From: Natronospirales bacterium
GTDB lineage: Bacteria; Pseudomonadota; Gammaproteobacteria; Natronospirales; REEB76
Length of the DNA: 64,000 bases
Direction of reading: 5' to 3'
Assembly: GCA_018971605.1 (NCBI GenBank)
Contig: JAGXAL010000001.1
Location: 17,622-81,621 of the forward strand
The notes under the pieces: generated by a model
What the model was told of the DNA's origin: nothing
The model's database searches: none
What the model saw: the letters and a program-made list of their open reading frames with translations, nothing else
Position numbers and translations under genes: made by a program
Shown here: in pieces, positions 33,660 through 42,596 of the stretch
Numbering within the stretch: position 1 is the first letter of the stretch
Layout: the number at the start of each line of letters is the position of its first letter

Positions 33660-34432
33660 TAAAAACAGGATTGCACCAAACCGTGGATACCATTCCCGCT
33701 AACTACACCGCGCGTAAAGATTTGCTCAAGGACCGCGTCATCCTGGTGACGGGTGCGGGCGACGGCATCGGCCGTGCAGCGGCTAAAGGGCTCGCAGCGC
33801 ATGGCGCTACCGTGGTGCTGCTCGGCAAAACCATCAAGAAACTCGAATCAGTGTATGACGAAATCATGCAGGCCGGCGGACCGATGCCGGGCATCTATCC
33901 CATGGATTTGCGCGGCGCCACCTTCAAGGATTACCAGGATCTGGCCGCGGTGCTGGACAAGGAATATGGCCGGCTCGACGGTCTGTTGCACAACGCCGGA
34001 ATTCTGGGTGAGCGCGCGCCCATCGAACATCACGAAGTGCAAATCTGGCAGCAGGTGATGCAGGTCAACCTCACTGCGCCCTTCTTGCTCACCAAGGCCT
34101 GTCTGCCGCTGCTGTATAAATCCACCGACGCCTCCGTGGTATTCACCGCCAGCAGCGTGGGCCGCAAGCCGCGCGCTTATTGGGGCGCGTACAGCGTCTC
34201 CAAGGCCGGCATGGAAGCGCTGGCTGCGGTGCTCGCCGATGAAACCGAGTTCCGCGGCACGCTGCGTGTCAACAGCCTCAATCCCGGCGCAGTGCGCACC
34301 GAAATGCGGCGCCTGGCGTTTCCCGCCGAAGATCGCAGCCGCTTGACCGCGCCCGAACAGTTGCTGCCCGCCTATCTCTATCTACTCGGACCGGACAGCC
34401 ACGGCATCAGCGGCCGCCAATTCGAGGCCTGA
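33656..34432 (+). CDS. yciK: YciK-family SDR oxidoreductase
   Basis: LLKDRVILVTGAGDGIGRAAA, YWGAYSVSKAG. GTG start overlaps the upstream stop. Confidence 0.9.
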   Translation: MIKTGLHQTVDTIPANYTARKDLLKDRVILVTGAGDGIGRAAAKGLAAHGATVVLLGKTIKKLESVYDEIMQAGGPMPGIYPMDLRGATFKDYQDLAAVLDKEYGRLDGLLHNAGILGERAPIEHHEVQIWQQVMQVNLTAPFLLTKACLPLLYKSTDASVVFTASSVGRKPRAYWGAYSVSKAGMEALAAVLADETEFRGTLRVNSLNPGAVRTEMRRLAFPAEDRSRLTAPEQLLPAYLYLLGPDSHGISGRQFEA

Positions 34433-34471
34433 ACCGGCGCCTGTCTGCCGGCAAGCGGCACACCGCGACAG

Positions 34472-35185
34472 CTAGTGCTTGGGCAGTTGCCGGAACTTCG
34501 ACGGGTCGTAACCCCCGACTTCGAATTTCAGGGTTTCCGGACCCTGGTTCACGGTGGTCACGTCCATCTCGATGATCTTGGCCTTGGACAGGGCGGCAAT
34601 AAAACGCCGGTCGGCATTGATGAACATGGCAGGCTCGCCGGTCTCGGGGAGGTGCCCTTTCCATACTTCACGCTGGCCGTCCCAGCGCATCACGATGTCG
34701 CAGTTGTCCTTGCAGGCAAAACCCTGGCCATGGCCGTACAGGTACACCGCCTGCGGCCAACCGACATGCCTGCGCAAGATGAGTTGCACCTGGTTCTCCG
34801 TTCCGGAGGGCTCGCTTGAATCCACGATCGCGGTGTATTGCAGCCCGTCCTGTGTCACGGTCTGGTACAGCCACAGATCCGCAAGCCGCTGGTGTTCGGC
34901 CTTGGCTTCGAGTGCCGGCAAAGCGTTTTGCACTTCAGCCGCGGCCGCGGTGCCGGGATATTGACTGACGATTTGCTGACCGACCAGCACCGCCAGCTTG
35001 GGCTTCTGCTCGGCCAGCAGCTTCTGATAGAGCGCCAGGTCCGGCGCGGCCGCCTGCTCATTGGCCGCCGCCTGCTCGGCGGCCGGCGGCGCGCTCTTCT
35101 GCGAGCAACCACCGGCCACAAGCGCCGCGGCGGCGAAAGCCAAAGCGGCAGCCGGCAACAGATACGTTGTGGCGCTGCGAATCAT
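34472..35185 (-). CDS. hypothetical lipoprotein
   Basis: Start taken at MIRSATTYLLPAAALAFAAAALVAGGCSQ (signal peptide plus lipobox). I recognise no domain. The ORF track extends 76 codons upstream. Confidence 0.7.
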   Translation of the reverse strand: MIRSATTYLLPAAALAFAAAALVAGGCSQKSAPPAAEQAAANEQAAAPDLALYQKLLAEQKPKLAVLVGQQIVSQYPGTAAAAEVQNALPALEAKAEHQRLADLWLYQTVTQDGLQYTAIVDSSEPSGTENQVQLILRRHVGWPQAVYLYGHGQGFACKDNCDIVMRWDGQREVWKGHLPETGEPAMFINADRRFIAALSKAKIIEMDVTTVNQGPETLKFEVGGYDPSKFRQLPKH

Positions 35186-35370
35186 CAGTGAAGTGTAACG
35201 CCTCCCCGGGTGCAGCGTCAGCTGCAGCCAAGCACAGCCGCGGGTGGCCGTTGCTTGCCTTGCCGCCATTCGCCGCGTGGTCACACCCGCACCGCGCCGC
35301 ACAAGCTCTCCGGGCCATCCGGGTTGCCGCTGGCATGGCCCGAACCGCTTGTGTACAGTCTCGCGGTCCA

Positions 35371-35384
35371 ACACACACACACAC
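35371..35384. repeat. (AC)7 dinucleotide tract
   Basis: acacacacacacac, 17 nt upstream of ATG 35401 and immediately 5' of the GGGAGA SD. Confidence 0.95.
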
Positions 35385-35400
35385 TCATGGGAGACAAGAC

Positions 35401-35949
35401 ATGGAAAAGGCAACCAAGCTCCTCGGGGGATGGGGCTATATCTTGTTGATCGTTGGCAGCTGTCTCGGCCCGTTGATGTTCATTTTCCACTTGGTGGCAC
35501 TCGCCGGCATCATCTGTGTATTGATTGCATTTTTCCGAGCCGGCAAGGAACTCAACCAACCCAAAATACAGACCAATATCAGCATCGCCATCGTGTTGTA
35601 CATCGTGGCCTCGCTGTTGTTCATCTTCCTGGTAGGCGCAGCGGTGCTCGCGCTGGTGCACAACAGTGGTGCCGGCATGGCCGCTTTCGGCGGTAGCGCA
35701 GTACTCAGCGGTTTGATTGCCTGGATCCTGTGGATCGTCGGAGCCTGGTTCTGGTATCAGGCTTCAATTCCACTGACCGATGGCACCGGAGTTGGTCTTT
35801 ACAAGACCGGAGGCCTGCTGATCTTCATCGGTGCAATCACCGCAGTTGTCTTTGGCCTTGGATTCATCGTGATGTTGATTGGCGAGATCATGCAGACGGT
35901 GGCGTTCTTCACCACCACCGAAAAAGTACCGACCAACTCGCCGGCTTGA
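35401..35949 (+). CDS. integral membrane protein, DUF996-like
   Basis: 182 aa with about five TM helices. Good SD (GGGAGA, 6-nt spacing). The N-terminal pattern LLGGWGYILLIV...VLIAFFRAGKE..I resembles DUF996 as I remember it. Visibly lower GC than its neighbours. Confidence 0.7.
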   Translation: MEKATKLLGGWGYILLIVGSCLGPLMFIFHLVALAGIICVLIAFFRAGKELNQPKIQTNISIAIVLYIVASLLFIFLVGAAVLALVHNSGAGMAAFGGSAVLSGLIAWILWIVGAWFWYQASIPLTDGTGVGLYKTGGLLIFIGAITAVVFGLGFIVMLIGEIMQTVAFFTTTEKVPTNSPA

Positions 35950-35971
35950 AAATCAAGCAGCAAAGCTGAAC

Positions 35972-35998
35972 TGCCGCTCAAAGAGCGGCGGTTTTTTA
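35972..35998 (+). terminator. intrinsic terminator
   Basis: GCCGCTC-aaa-GAGCGGC followed by GG-TTTTTT. The T-tract overlaps the stop codon of the convergent cupin gene. Confidence 0.8.
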
Positions 35999-36469
35999 TT
36001 TGCGTGCTTGCGGCGGATACGGTTTGCCGCCTTTGTGAATGTAGCCGCTTGAGCCACTGCGGATGGCCAAGTCGATGTCGGGATAATCCACGCCATCGCC
36101 TTGCGGATTGCGCGTGCCGATTTCAAGAATCACCGCTTCCTTGCCGCTGCGGTTTTGAAGGTGGTGGCCATCCGCGTCTCCCGCCTTGAAACCTGCGCAA
36201 TCGCCCGCTTGCAGGATTTCTTCGCCGCTGTTTGTTACCAGCACCACTTCGCCGTCCAGAACGTAAACGAATTCATCTTCACTCACGTGCCAATGACGTT
36301 GGCTTGACCAGGCCCCGGCTGGCAGCCGCAGCAGATTGACACCGAATTGTGTAAGGCCGGCAGCATTGCCGAGCTGCCAGCGCCTGCGCGCGCGACAGGG
36401 CTGGTCGTACGGCTCGGGGTAGCCGCTGCCGTGCCAGGTCGGAGCTTTATCGATGTTGATTTTTTTCAT
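35996..36469 (-). CDS. cupin-domain protein
   Basis: Start at MKKINIDKAP (36469). Cupin motif QRHWHVSEDEFVYVLDGE ... GHHLQN. Confidence 0.8.
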   Translation of the reverse strand: MKKINIDKAPTWHGSGYPEPYDQPCRARRRWQLGNAAGLTQFGVNLLRLPAGAWSSQRHWHVSEDEFVYVLDGEVVLVTNSGEEILQAGDCAGFKAGDADGHHLQNRSGKEAVILEIGTRNPQGDGVDYPDIDLAIRSGSSGYIHKGGKPYPPQARK

Positions 36470-37313
36470 GATGTCTCCTGGTGGGCCGAGAATGGCGCTT
36501 GAATTCGCGCGCTCGGTGCCTCGCTGTGGCGGGAGCCGCTGGGGATGGGGCCACGCCGGCCAGCTCGAGCAGAGCGTGCAGTTCCTCTTCAGTCGCTTCG
36601 CGGCAGCCGCCGCGCGGCAGGTTGCGCGGCAGTGACAGCGTGCCATAGCGAATGCGGATTAGACGGCTGACGGTGACGCCCGCCGTTTCCCACAGTCGCC
36701 GGACTTCACGATTGCGGCCTTCTTTCAGCGTGACGTGGTACCAGTGATTGGCGCCTTCGCCGCCCGCATCGCGTACTGCATCGAATTTCGCCATTCCGTC
36801 TTCTAGGCGTACGCCCTTGGTAAGAGCTGCTAGCTGTTCGTCCGTGATCTTGCCCAGCACACGCACCGCGTATTCACGTTCGATCTCATGCGCCGGATGC
36901 ATGAGACGGTTCGCCAATTCGCCATCGTTGGTGAACAGCAGCAATCCCGAGGTGTTGAAATCCAGCCGACCGATGCTGATCCAGCGTCCGCGGCGCAAAC
37001 GCGGCAAGGCTTCGAAGACGGTGGGCCGGCCTTCGGGGTCCTTGCGCGTGGTGAGTTCGCCTTCCGGTTTGTGATAGAGGATCACTTGGCGCTTCGCCGG
37101 AATGGCGCGCTCCAGTTTCAACAGCCGGCCGTCGAGTGCCAACCGATCCATGGGCATGATTCGATCGCCGAGTCGGGCGGTATGACCGTTGACGCTCAGG
37201 CGCCCGGCGACGATCCAGCCTTCGATTTCGCGGCGCGAGCCGAAACCGGCCGCGGCCAGCACTTTCTGAATGCGTTCCGCGGGCTCGGGAATTTTGCTGT
37301 GCGTGGATTTGAT
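36447..37313 (-). CDS. rluB: 23S rRNA pseudouridine synthase RluB
   Basis: S4 domain plus RsuA/RluB catalytic core (GRLDFNTSGLLLFTNDG). The conserved ERIQKVLAAAGFGSRREIE lies partly upstream of the first canonical start (GTG 37262). The 5' end is tentatively set at ATC 37313, behind GGAG. Confidence 0.85.
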   Translation of the reverse strand: MKSTHSKIPEPAERIQKVLAAAGFGSRREIEGWIVAGRLSVNGHTARLGDRIMPMDRLALDGRLLKLERAIPAKRQVILYHKPEGELTTRKDPEGRPTVFEALPRLRRGRWISIGRLDFNTSGLLLFTNDGELANRLMHPAHEIEREYAVRVLGKITDEQLAALTKGVRLEDGMAKFDAVRDAGGEGANHWYHVTLKEGRNREVRRLWETAGVTVSRLIRIRYGTLSLPRNLPRGGCREATEEELHALLELAGVAPSPAAPATARHRAREFKRHSRPTRRHHEKNQHR

Positions 37314-37318
37314 GCGAC

Positions 37319-37954
37319 TTACTCCGCCTCGGCTTCCCCGGCCTGAGCCTCGGCATCCGCCGCGGCGGGCGCCAGCGGTGCCGGCGCCGTGCCCTCAAAG
37401 TCGAGTTCCGCTTCGAGACTGGCGATATCGCGGATATCCGCGAGCGTCGGCAATTCGTCGAGACTTTTGAGGCTGAAATAATCCAGGAACTCCTTGGTGG
37501 TGCCGAACATCTCCGGATGCCCGGGCACGTCGCGATGGCCCACCACGCGGATCCAGCCGCGCTCTTCGAGCGTGCGCACGATGTGCGGGCTGACGGTGAC
37601 GCCGCGCACGGCTTCGATTTCGCCGCGCGTGATCGGCTGGCGGTAGGCGATGAGCGACAGGGTTTCCAGCAGCGCGCGCGAGTAGCGCGCCGGACGCTCT
37701 TCCCAGAGGCGCGCCATCCACGCTGCCAGCTCGGCCTTCACCTGGATACGGAAACCGCTGCCAACTTCCTTGAGTTCGATGCCGCGGTCGGCAAATCCGT
37801 TTTGCAACTCCTCCAGCGCCTTGCGAATCTCGTTGCGCGCCGGCCGGTCGGCGTCCTCGAACAGCGCCATGAGTTCATCGAGATTAAGCGGGCGCCCGGC
37901 CGCCAGCAGCGCGGCCTCCAGGATGTTGCGAAGCTGCTTCGCTGCCATCGTCAT
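37319..37954 (-). CDS. scpB: segregation and condensation protein B
   Basis: 211 aa. ILEAALLAAGRPL..., IAYRQPITRGEIE.VRGV. Confidence 0.93.
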   Translation of the reverse strand: MTMAAKQLRNILEAALLAAGRPLNLDELMALFEDADRPARNEIRKALEELQNGFADRGIELKEVGSGFRIQVKAELAAWMARLWEERPARYSRALLETLSLIAYRQPITRGEIEAVRGVTVSPHIVRTLEERGWIRVVGHRDVPGHPEMFGTTKEFLDYFSLKSLDELPTLADIRDIASLEAELDFEGTAPAPLAPAAADAEAQAGEAEAE

Positions 37955-38811
37955 GCATCTTCTCCCTCGATCCGCACCAGCGACAGGTCCGGGTGAGTGG
38001 AACCCGTGACCCTGACATGAATGACGCCGAAAGTCTCCGCCTGCACCAGTTCGATGAGCTGCTGCTTGAGCAACTCCAGCAGCGCCAGGAAGGTCACCAC
38101 CACACCGCGGCGACCTTCCACCGGCGTGAACAGCGTGCTGAACTCGCGGAAATCCGCGGTTTGCAATCCCGCGAGCACCTCCGACATGCGCTGGCGCACC
38201 GACAAGGGCTCAAGCTGCACATGATGGTGGGAGTACATGGCGGCGCGCTGCAGCACATCCTTGAAGGCCATGAGCAGTTCCTGCATGCCGATCTCCGGCA
38301 CCAGGCGCACCACCTTGTGGCCGCCCATTTCCGCGGTCGCCGCATGCACGTCGCGGCCCACATGCGGCAGCGCATCCAGATCCTCGGCGGCCTGCTTGTA
38401 ACGTCCGTACTCCTGCAGGCGGCGCACCAGTTCCGCACGCGGATCCTGATCCTCGCCTTCGGCCAGCGGCGGGCGCGGCAGCAGCATGCGCGATTTGATC
38501 TCCGCCAGCATCGCCGCCATCACCAGATATTCGGCGGCGAGCTCCAGGCGCAGCTCCTTCATCAGCTCGATGTATTCCATGTACTGGCGCGTGATCTCGG
38601 CAATCGGAATATTGAGGATGTCGAGATTCTGCCGGCGAATCAGGTAGAGCAGCAGGTCCAGCGGTCCCTCGAAGGCTTCGAGAAACACTTCGAGCGCATC
38701 CGGCGGGATATACAAATCCCGCGGCAGGCTGGTGACCGGCTCGCCCTGGACGATGGCGAACGGCATTTCCGCCTGCTGCGGGGATTCGCCGGGAGTCTCG
38801 GGCGGCGGCAT
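37951..38811 (-). CDS. scpA: segregation and condensation protein A
   Basis: FEGPLDLLLYLIRRQNLDILNIPIAEIT. Start is ATG 38811 or ATG 38766. Confidence 0.9.
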   Translation of the reverse strand: MPPPETPGESPQQAEMPFAIVQGEPVTSLPRDLYIPPDALEVFLEAFEGPLDLLLYLIRRQNLDILNIPIAEITRQYMEYIELMKELRLELAAEYLVMAAMLAEIKSRMLLPRPPLAEGEDQDPRAELVRRLQEYGRYKQAAEDLDALPHVGRDVHAATAEMGGHKVVRLVPEIGMQELLMAFKDVLQRAAMYSHHHVQLEPLSVRQRMSEVLAGLQTADFREFSTLFTPVEGRRGVVVTFLALLELLKQQLIELVQAETFGVIHVRVTGSTHPDLSLVRIEGEDA

Positions 38812-38819
38812 CGGCGTAC

Positions 38820-40037
38820 TCACCGGTATTTCAGGCCCATGGCCTGACGCACTTCGTCCATGGTGTCGTGCGCGACTTCGCGCGCGGCGTCGCAACCCTG
38901 GCTGACGACGTTGCGCAGCATGTCGGAATTGGCCTCGATCTCTGCGGCGCGTTCGCGGATCGGTTTGAGTTCCTTGAGCACCGACTCAATCACCGGCTGT
39001 TTGCATTCCAGACAGCCGATGCCGGCGGTGGTGCAGCCCTTCCACACCCAGTCGCGCGTCTTCTGATCGGAATAAATCTTGTGGAATTCCCACACCGGGC
39101 ACTTTTCGGGATTGCCGGGGTCGCTGCGGCGCGCGCGCGCCGGATCCGTCGGCATGGTGCGCAGCTTTTGCTCGATTTCTTCGGGATCATCGCGCAAGCC
39201 GATGGTGTTGCCGTAGGATTTGGACATCTTGCGACCGTCCAGCCCCGGCATGCGCGCCGCCTCGGTTAGCAATGGCTGCGGTTCGGCGAGGATCGTACGC
39301 CCGGTGCCCTCCAGCGAACCCAACAAGCGATCGCGGTCGCCGAGCGGCAGGTTCTGGTTGCCGGCAATGAGCGCGCGCGCGGTTTGCAAAGCCGCCTGAT
39401 CGCCCTGCTCCTGATACTGCTTGCGCAATTCGCGATACAGCTTGGCGTTGCGTTTGCCGAGTTTCTTGATGGCGGCTTCCACTTTGCTCTCGAAACCCGG
39501 TTCGCGGCCGAACATGAAATTGAAGCGCCGCGCGATTTCGCGGGTCAGTTCCACGTGGGGCACCTGGTCCTCGCCCACCGGCACCCAGCCGGCTTTGTAC
39601 ATGAGGATATCCGCGGCTTGCAGCACTGGGTAACCGAGAAAGCCGTAGGTGGCGAGATCCTTTTCGGTAATCTGCTCAAGCTGCTCCTTGTAGGTGGGCA
39701 CGCGTTCCAGCCAGCCGAGCGGCGTCACCATGGACAGCAGCAAATGCAGTTCGGCATGCTCGGGAATCTGCGACTGGATGAAGATGCGCGCCCGGCCGGG
39801 ATCCACGCCCACCGCCAGCCAGTCCACCAGCATCTCCCACATGGACGCTTCGATGTCGCGGGATTGCTCGTAATTGGTGGTCAGCGCGTGCCAGTCGGCC
39901 ACGAAGAAGAAGCACTCGTACTCGTGCTGCAGCTTGAGCCAGTTCTTGAGCACGCCGTGCAGATGTCCGAGGTGCATACGCCCGGTAGGCCGCATGCCGG
40001 ACAATACGCGCTGGTTTTCGGAGCCCAGGGAATTCAT
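38820..40037 (-). CDS. trpS: tryptophan--tRNA ligase (long form)
   Basis: SGMRPTGRMHLGHLHG (HIGH) and KMSKS. Start at MNSLGSENQ. Confidence 0.95.
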   Translation of the reverse strand: MNSLGSENQRVLSGMRPTGRMHLGHLHGVLKNWLKLQHEYECFFFVADWHALTTNYEQSRDIEASMWEMLVDWLAVGVDPGRARIFIQSQIPEHAELHLLLSMVTPLGWLERVPTYKEQLEQITEKDLATYGFLGYPVLQAADILMYKAGWVPVGEDQVPHVELTREIARRFNFMFGREPGFESKVEAAIKKLGKRNAKLYRELRKQYQEQGDQAALQTARALIAGNQNLPLGDRDRLLGSLEGTGRTILAEPQPLLTEAARMPGLDGRKMSKSYGNTIGLRDDPEEIEQKLRTMPTDPARARRSDPGNPEKCPVWEFHKIYSDQKTRDWVWKGCTTAGIGCLECKQPVIESVLKELKPIRERAAEIEANSDMLRNVVSQGCDAAREVAHDTMDEVRQAMGLKYR

Positions 40038-40056
40038 CGGCACAAGCTTGTTCACG

Positions 40057-40719
40057 CTAACCACCGAGGAGCAGTTGCGACAGCCAATTGACCGGCGGGC
40101 CCAGGATCATGGCGATCACGCCCGGAAAAAGATAGAACACCAGCATGAGAATGACCAGGGGAATAAAGGAGCCGTAGCGCTCGATGCTATCAACCTTGTT
40201 GGCAAGGTCGCGCGGCAGGATGCCCACCAGCACCCGCCCGCCGTCAAGCGGCGGAATCGGAATCAGATTGAAGATAAAAAGCGCCACGTTGAGCAGCACC
40301 CCGGCCAGTCCCATGTAGGCCAGCGGCACAATCCAGGGCCAGGCCGGAGTCAGCAGCTCGGCCGCGCGCGCAATCAGCGCCCAGATAATCGCCATGATCA
40401 GGTTGGATACCGGGCCGGCGGCGGCCACCACGGCCATGTCGCGGCGCGGGTTCTTGAAGTTGCGCGGCGAAATGGGCACCGGCTTGGCCCAGCCAAAGAT
40501 GAATCCCGTATGCAGCACCAGCAGCAGCACCGGAACGATGATGGTGCCCACGAGATCGATGTGCTTGAGGGGATTCACCGTCAGGCGCCCGAGCATCATG
40601 GCCGTGGGATCGCCGAAGCGCCGCGCCACCCAACCGTGTGCCACTTCGTGCAGCGTGATGCCGAACAGCACCGGCGGTCCCCAGATGATGATGAGCTGGA
40701 TGAGGTTGAATTGGCCCAT
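40057..40719 (-). CDS. site-2 protease (M50) family membrane metalloprotease
   Basis: HEVAHGWVARRFGD (HExxH) in a polytopic membrane protein. Start at MGQFNLIQL. Confidence 0.85.
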   Translation of the reverse strand: MGQFNLIQLIIIWGPPVLFGITLHEVAHGWVARRFGDPTAMMLGRLTVNPLKHIDLVGTIIVPVLLLVLHTGFIFGWAKPVPISPRNFKNPRRDMAVVAAAGPVSNLIMAIIWALIARAAELLTPAWPWIVPLAYMGLAGVLLNVALFIFNLIPIPPLDGGRVLVGILPRDLANKVDSIERYGSFIPLVILMLVFYLFPGVIAMILGPPVNWLSQLLLGG

Positions 40720-40760
40720 CGACCCATTATACAGAGTCGCCTCGTTGCGCTGCCCGCTCT

Positions 40761-41390
40761 TCAGTGCACGCGACTGAAGGGCGCCGGATTGCCGCGCCCG
40801 ATGCGTACCACCACCGGCATTGCTCCGGACAAATCCACCACCGTGGTCGGTTCGAAGCCACAAGGCCCGCCGTCGATCACCAAATCCACGGCATGTTCGA
40901 GGCGCGCGCGCATGTCTTCGGGATCGGTAAGCGGATCGGTTTCGCCCGGCAGCATCAGGGTTGAACTCATGATGGGTTCACGCAGCTCCGCGAGTACCGC
41001 CTGCGGAATCGGATGACCCGGCACGCGGATGCCGATGGTCTTGCGCTTCGGGTGCTGCAGTCGCCGGGGTACCTCGTGGGTGGCAGGCAAGATGAAGGTG
41101 TAGGGCCCGGGTGTGTACGCCTTGAGCAGCCGGAAGGTGGGATTGTCCACGCGTGCATAGGTAGCGATTTCCGACAAATCGCGGCACACGAGCGTGAAAT
41201 TGTGTCCGGGACCGGCAGCACGGATGCGGCGGATGCGTTCCATCGCGGTTTTGTCCCCCAGCACGCAGCCCAGCGCATAGCAGGAATCGGTGGGATAGAC
41301 GATGACGCCGCCGGCCTTGAGGATGGCCACGGTGCGGCGCACCAGCCGCAGTTGCGGCGTCTGTGGATGAATACTGAAAAACTGACTCAT
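40761..41390 (-). CDS. yciO: L-threonylcarbamoyladenylate synthase-family protein (YciO type)
   Basis: GGVIVYPTDSCYALGC..., YTFILPAT..., IGIRVPGHPI. Start at MSQFFSIHPQ. Confidence 0.88.
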   Translation of the reverse strand: MSQFFSIHPQTPQLRLVRRTVAILKAGGVIVYPTDSCYALGCVLGDKTAMERIRRIRAAGPGHNFTLVCRDLSEIATYARVDNPTFRLLKAYTPGPYTFILPATHEVPRRLQHPKRKTIGIRVPGHPIPQAVLAELREPIMSSTLMLPGETDPLTDPEDMRARLEHAVDLVIDGGPCGFEPTTVVDLSGAMPVVVRIGRGNPAPFSRVH

Positions 41391-41472
41391 GCGCTTGCGC
41401 AAATTCCCGATTGCGGCGACAGCCTGTCGCAGGGATGGGTTATGATAACGAACCTTCGCCGTCAAACCTCGT

Positions 41473-42009
41473 ATGTCTGCCGCCCTGGAATTCCTGCTGC
41501 TCGCCGCGTTCTTTGCGAGCTACCTATGGAAAGGTATTTTCTTCGCCACCGGCGTGCTCATGGCCGGCGCCGTGCTGGTGCTGGCGGCCTCTTGGTGGCG
41601 CAGCCGCAAGCTCGAGCCCCTGCCGCTGGTGGTGACCATTCTGGCGCTGGTGCTGGGCTCTGTGACCCTGGCCTTTCACGACGCCGTGTTCATCAAATGG
41701 AAATTCTCCATCGTCGAATGGCTGTTCGGCGGGGTATTCTTCGCAACTCAATTCATGCGCCAGACGCTGATTGAACGCATGCTGGGGGCGCAGATCCACG
41801 TGCCCGCCATCGTGTGGCGACGGCTGAATCTGCTGTGGGCGGCGTTTTTCCTGCTGCTCGGCAGCGCCAACGTTTACGTGATTTATCACTACGACACCGC
41901 CGACTGGGTGAGATTCAAGGTGTGGTGGTCCACCGGCGCCATGCTGGTATTCGTGGTGGCACAGGCGCTGTACATGAGCCGGCATATGCAGACCGAGAAG
42001 ACTTCCTGA
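41473..42009 (+). CDS. yciB: intracellular septation protein A (YciB/IspZ)
   Basis: 178 aa, five TM segments. [14 protein letters not shown] family pattern. Confidence 0.88.
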   Translation: MSAALEFLLLAAFFASYLWKGIFFATGVLMAGAVLVLAASWWRSRKLEPLPLVVTILALVLGSVTLAFHDAVFIKWKFSIVEWLFGGVFFATQFMRQTLIERMLGAQIHVPAIVWRRLNLLWAAFFLLLGSANVYVIYHYDTADWVRFKVWWSTGAMLVFVVAQALYMSRHMQTEKTS

Positions 42010-42308
42010 TGTGGTACGCGATTCTTTCTGAAGACGTCAGCGACAGCCTGGCCAAGCGCGCACGCGCACGTCCTGCGCATGTCGAGCGGCTGCAAGCACT
42101 CCAACGGCAGGGCCGGCTGTTGCTCGCCGGGCCGCATCCCGCGATCGACGCGCCGGCACCCGGCCCCGCGGGCTATTCCGGCAGCCTGGTGGTCGCGGAA
42201 TTTCCTTCGCTCAGCGAGGCGCAGATCTGGGCCGACGCCGATCCTTATATGACAGCCGGTGTCTACGCCAAAGTCGCGGTCAAGCCGTTTCTCAAAACCT
42301 TGCCATGA
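42009..42308 (+). CDS. yciI: YciI-family protein
   Basis: 99 aa. [10 protein letters not shown]...RPAHVERL...DPYMTAGVY. Start overlaps the yciB stop (TGATG). Confidence 0.85.
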   Translation: MWYAILSEDVSDSLAKRARARPAHVERLQALQRQGRLLLAGPHPAIDAPAPGPAGYSGSLVVAEFPSLSEAQIWADADPYMTAGVYAKVAVKPFLKTLP

Positions 42309-42571
42309 GCGACCGCATGAGTTTTCTGCGCGAACGGCTGCAAACGCAGTTCCGACCGCTGCGGCTCGACATCCGCGACGATGGCGCCAAGCACATCGGC
42401 CATGCGCATGCGGGACACGGACACTATACGGTGCGCATCGTGGCGGCGGCGTTTGCAGCCAAGAGCCGCCTGCAACGCCATCGCATGGTGTACGCTGCGC
42501 TCGGCGATTGGCGGCAAGCCGATATCCACGCACTCAATATTGAGGCGCTGACACCCGACGAATCGAATTGA
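42305..42571 (+). CDS. BolA-family protein
   Basis: 88 aa. ...[25 protein letters not shown]...IHAL. Confidence 0.85.
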   Translation: MSDRMSFLRERLQTQFRPLRLDIRDDGAKHIGHAHAGHGHYTVRIVAAAFAAKSRLQRHRMVYAALGDWRQADIHALNIEALTPDESN

Positions 42572-42596
42572 AGTTTTTCACCCACGAGGACTCTCC

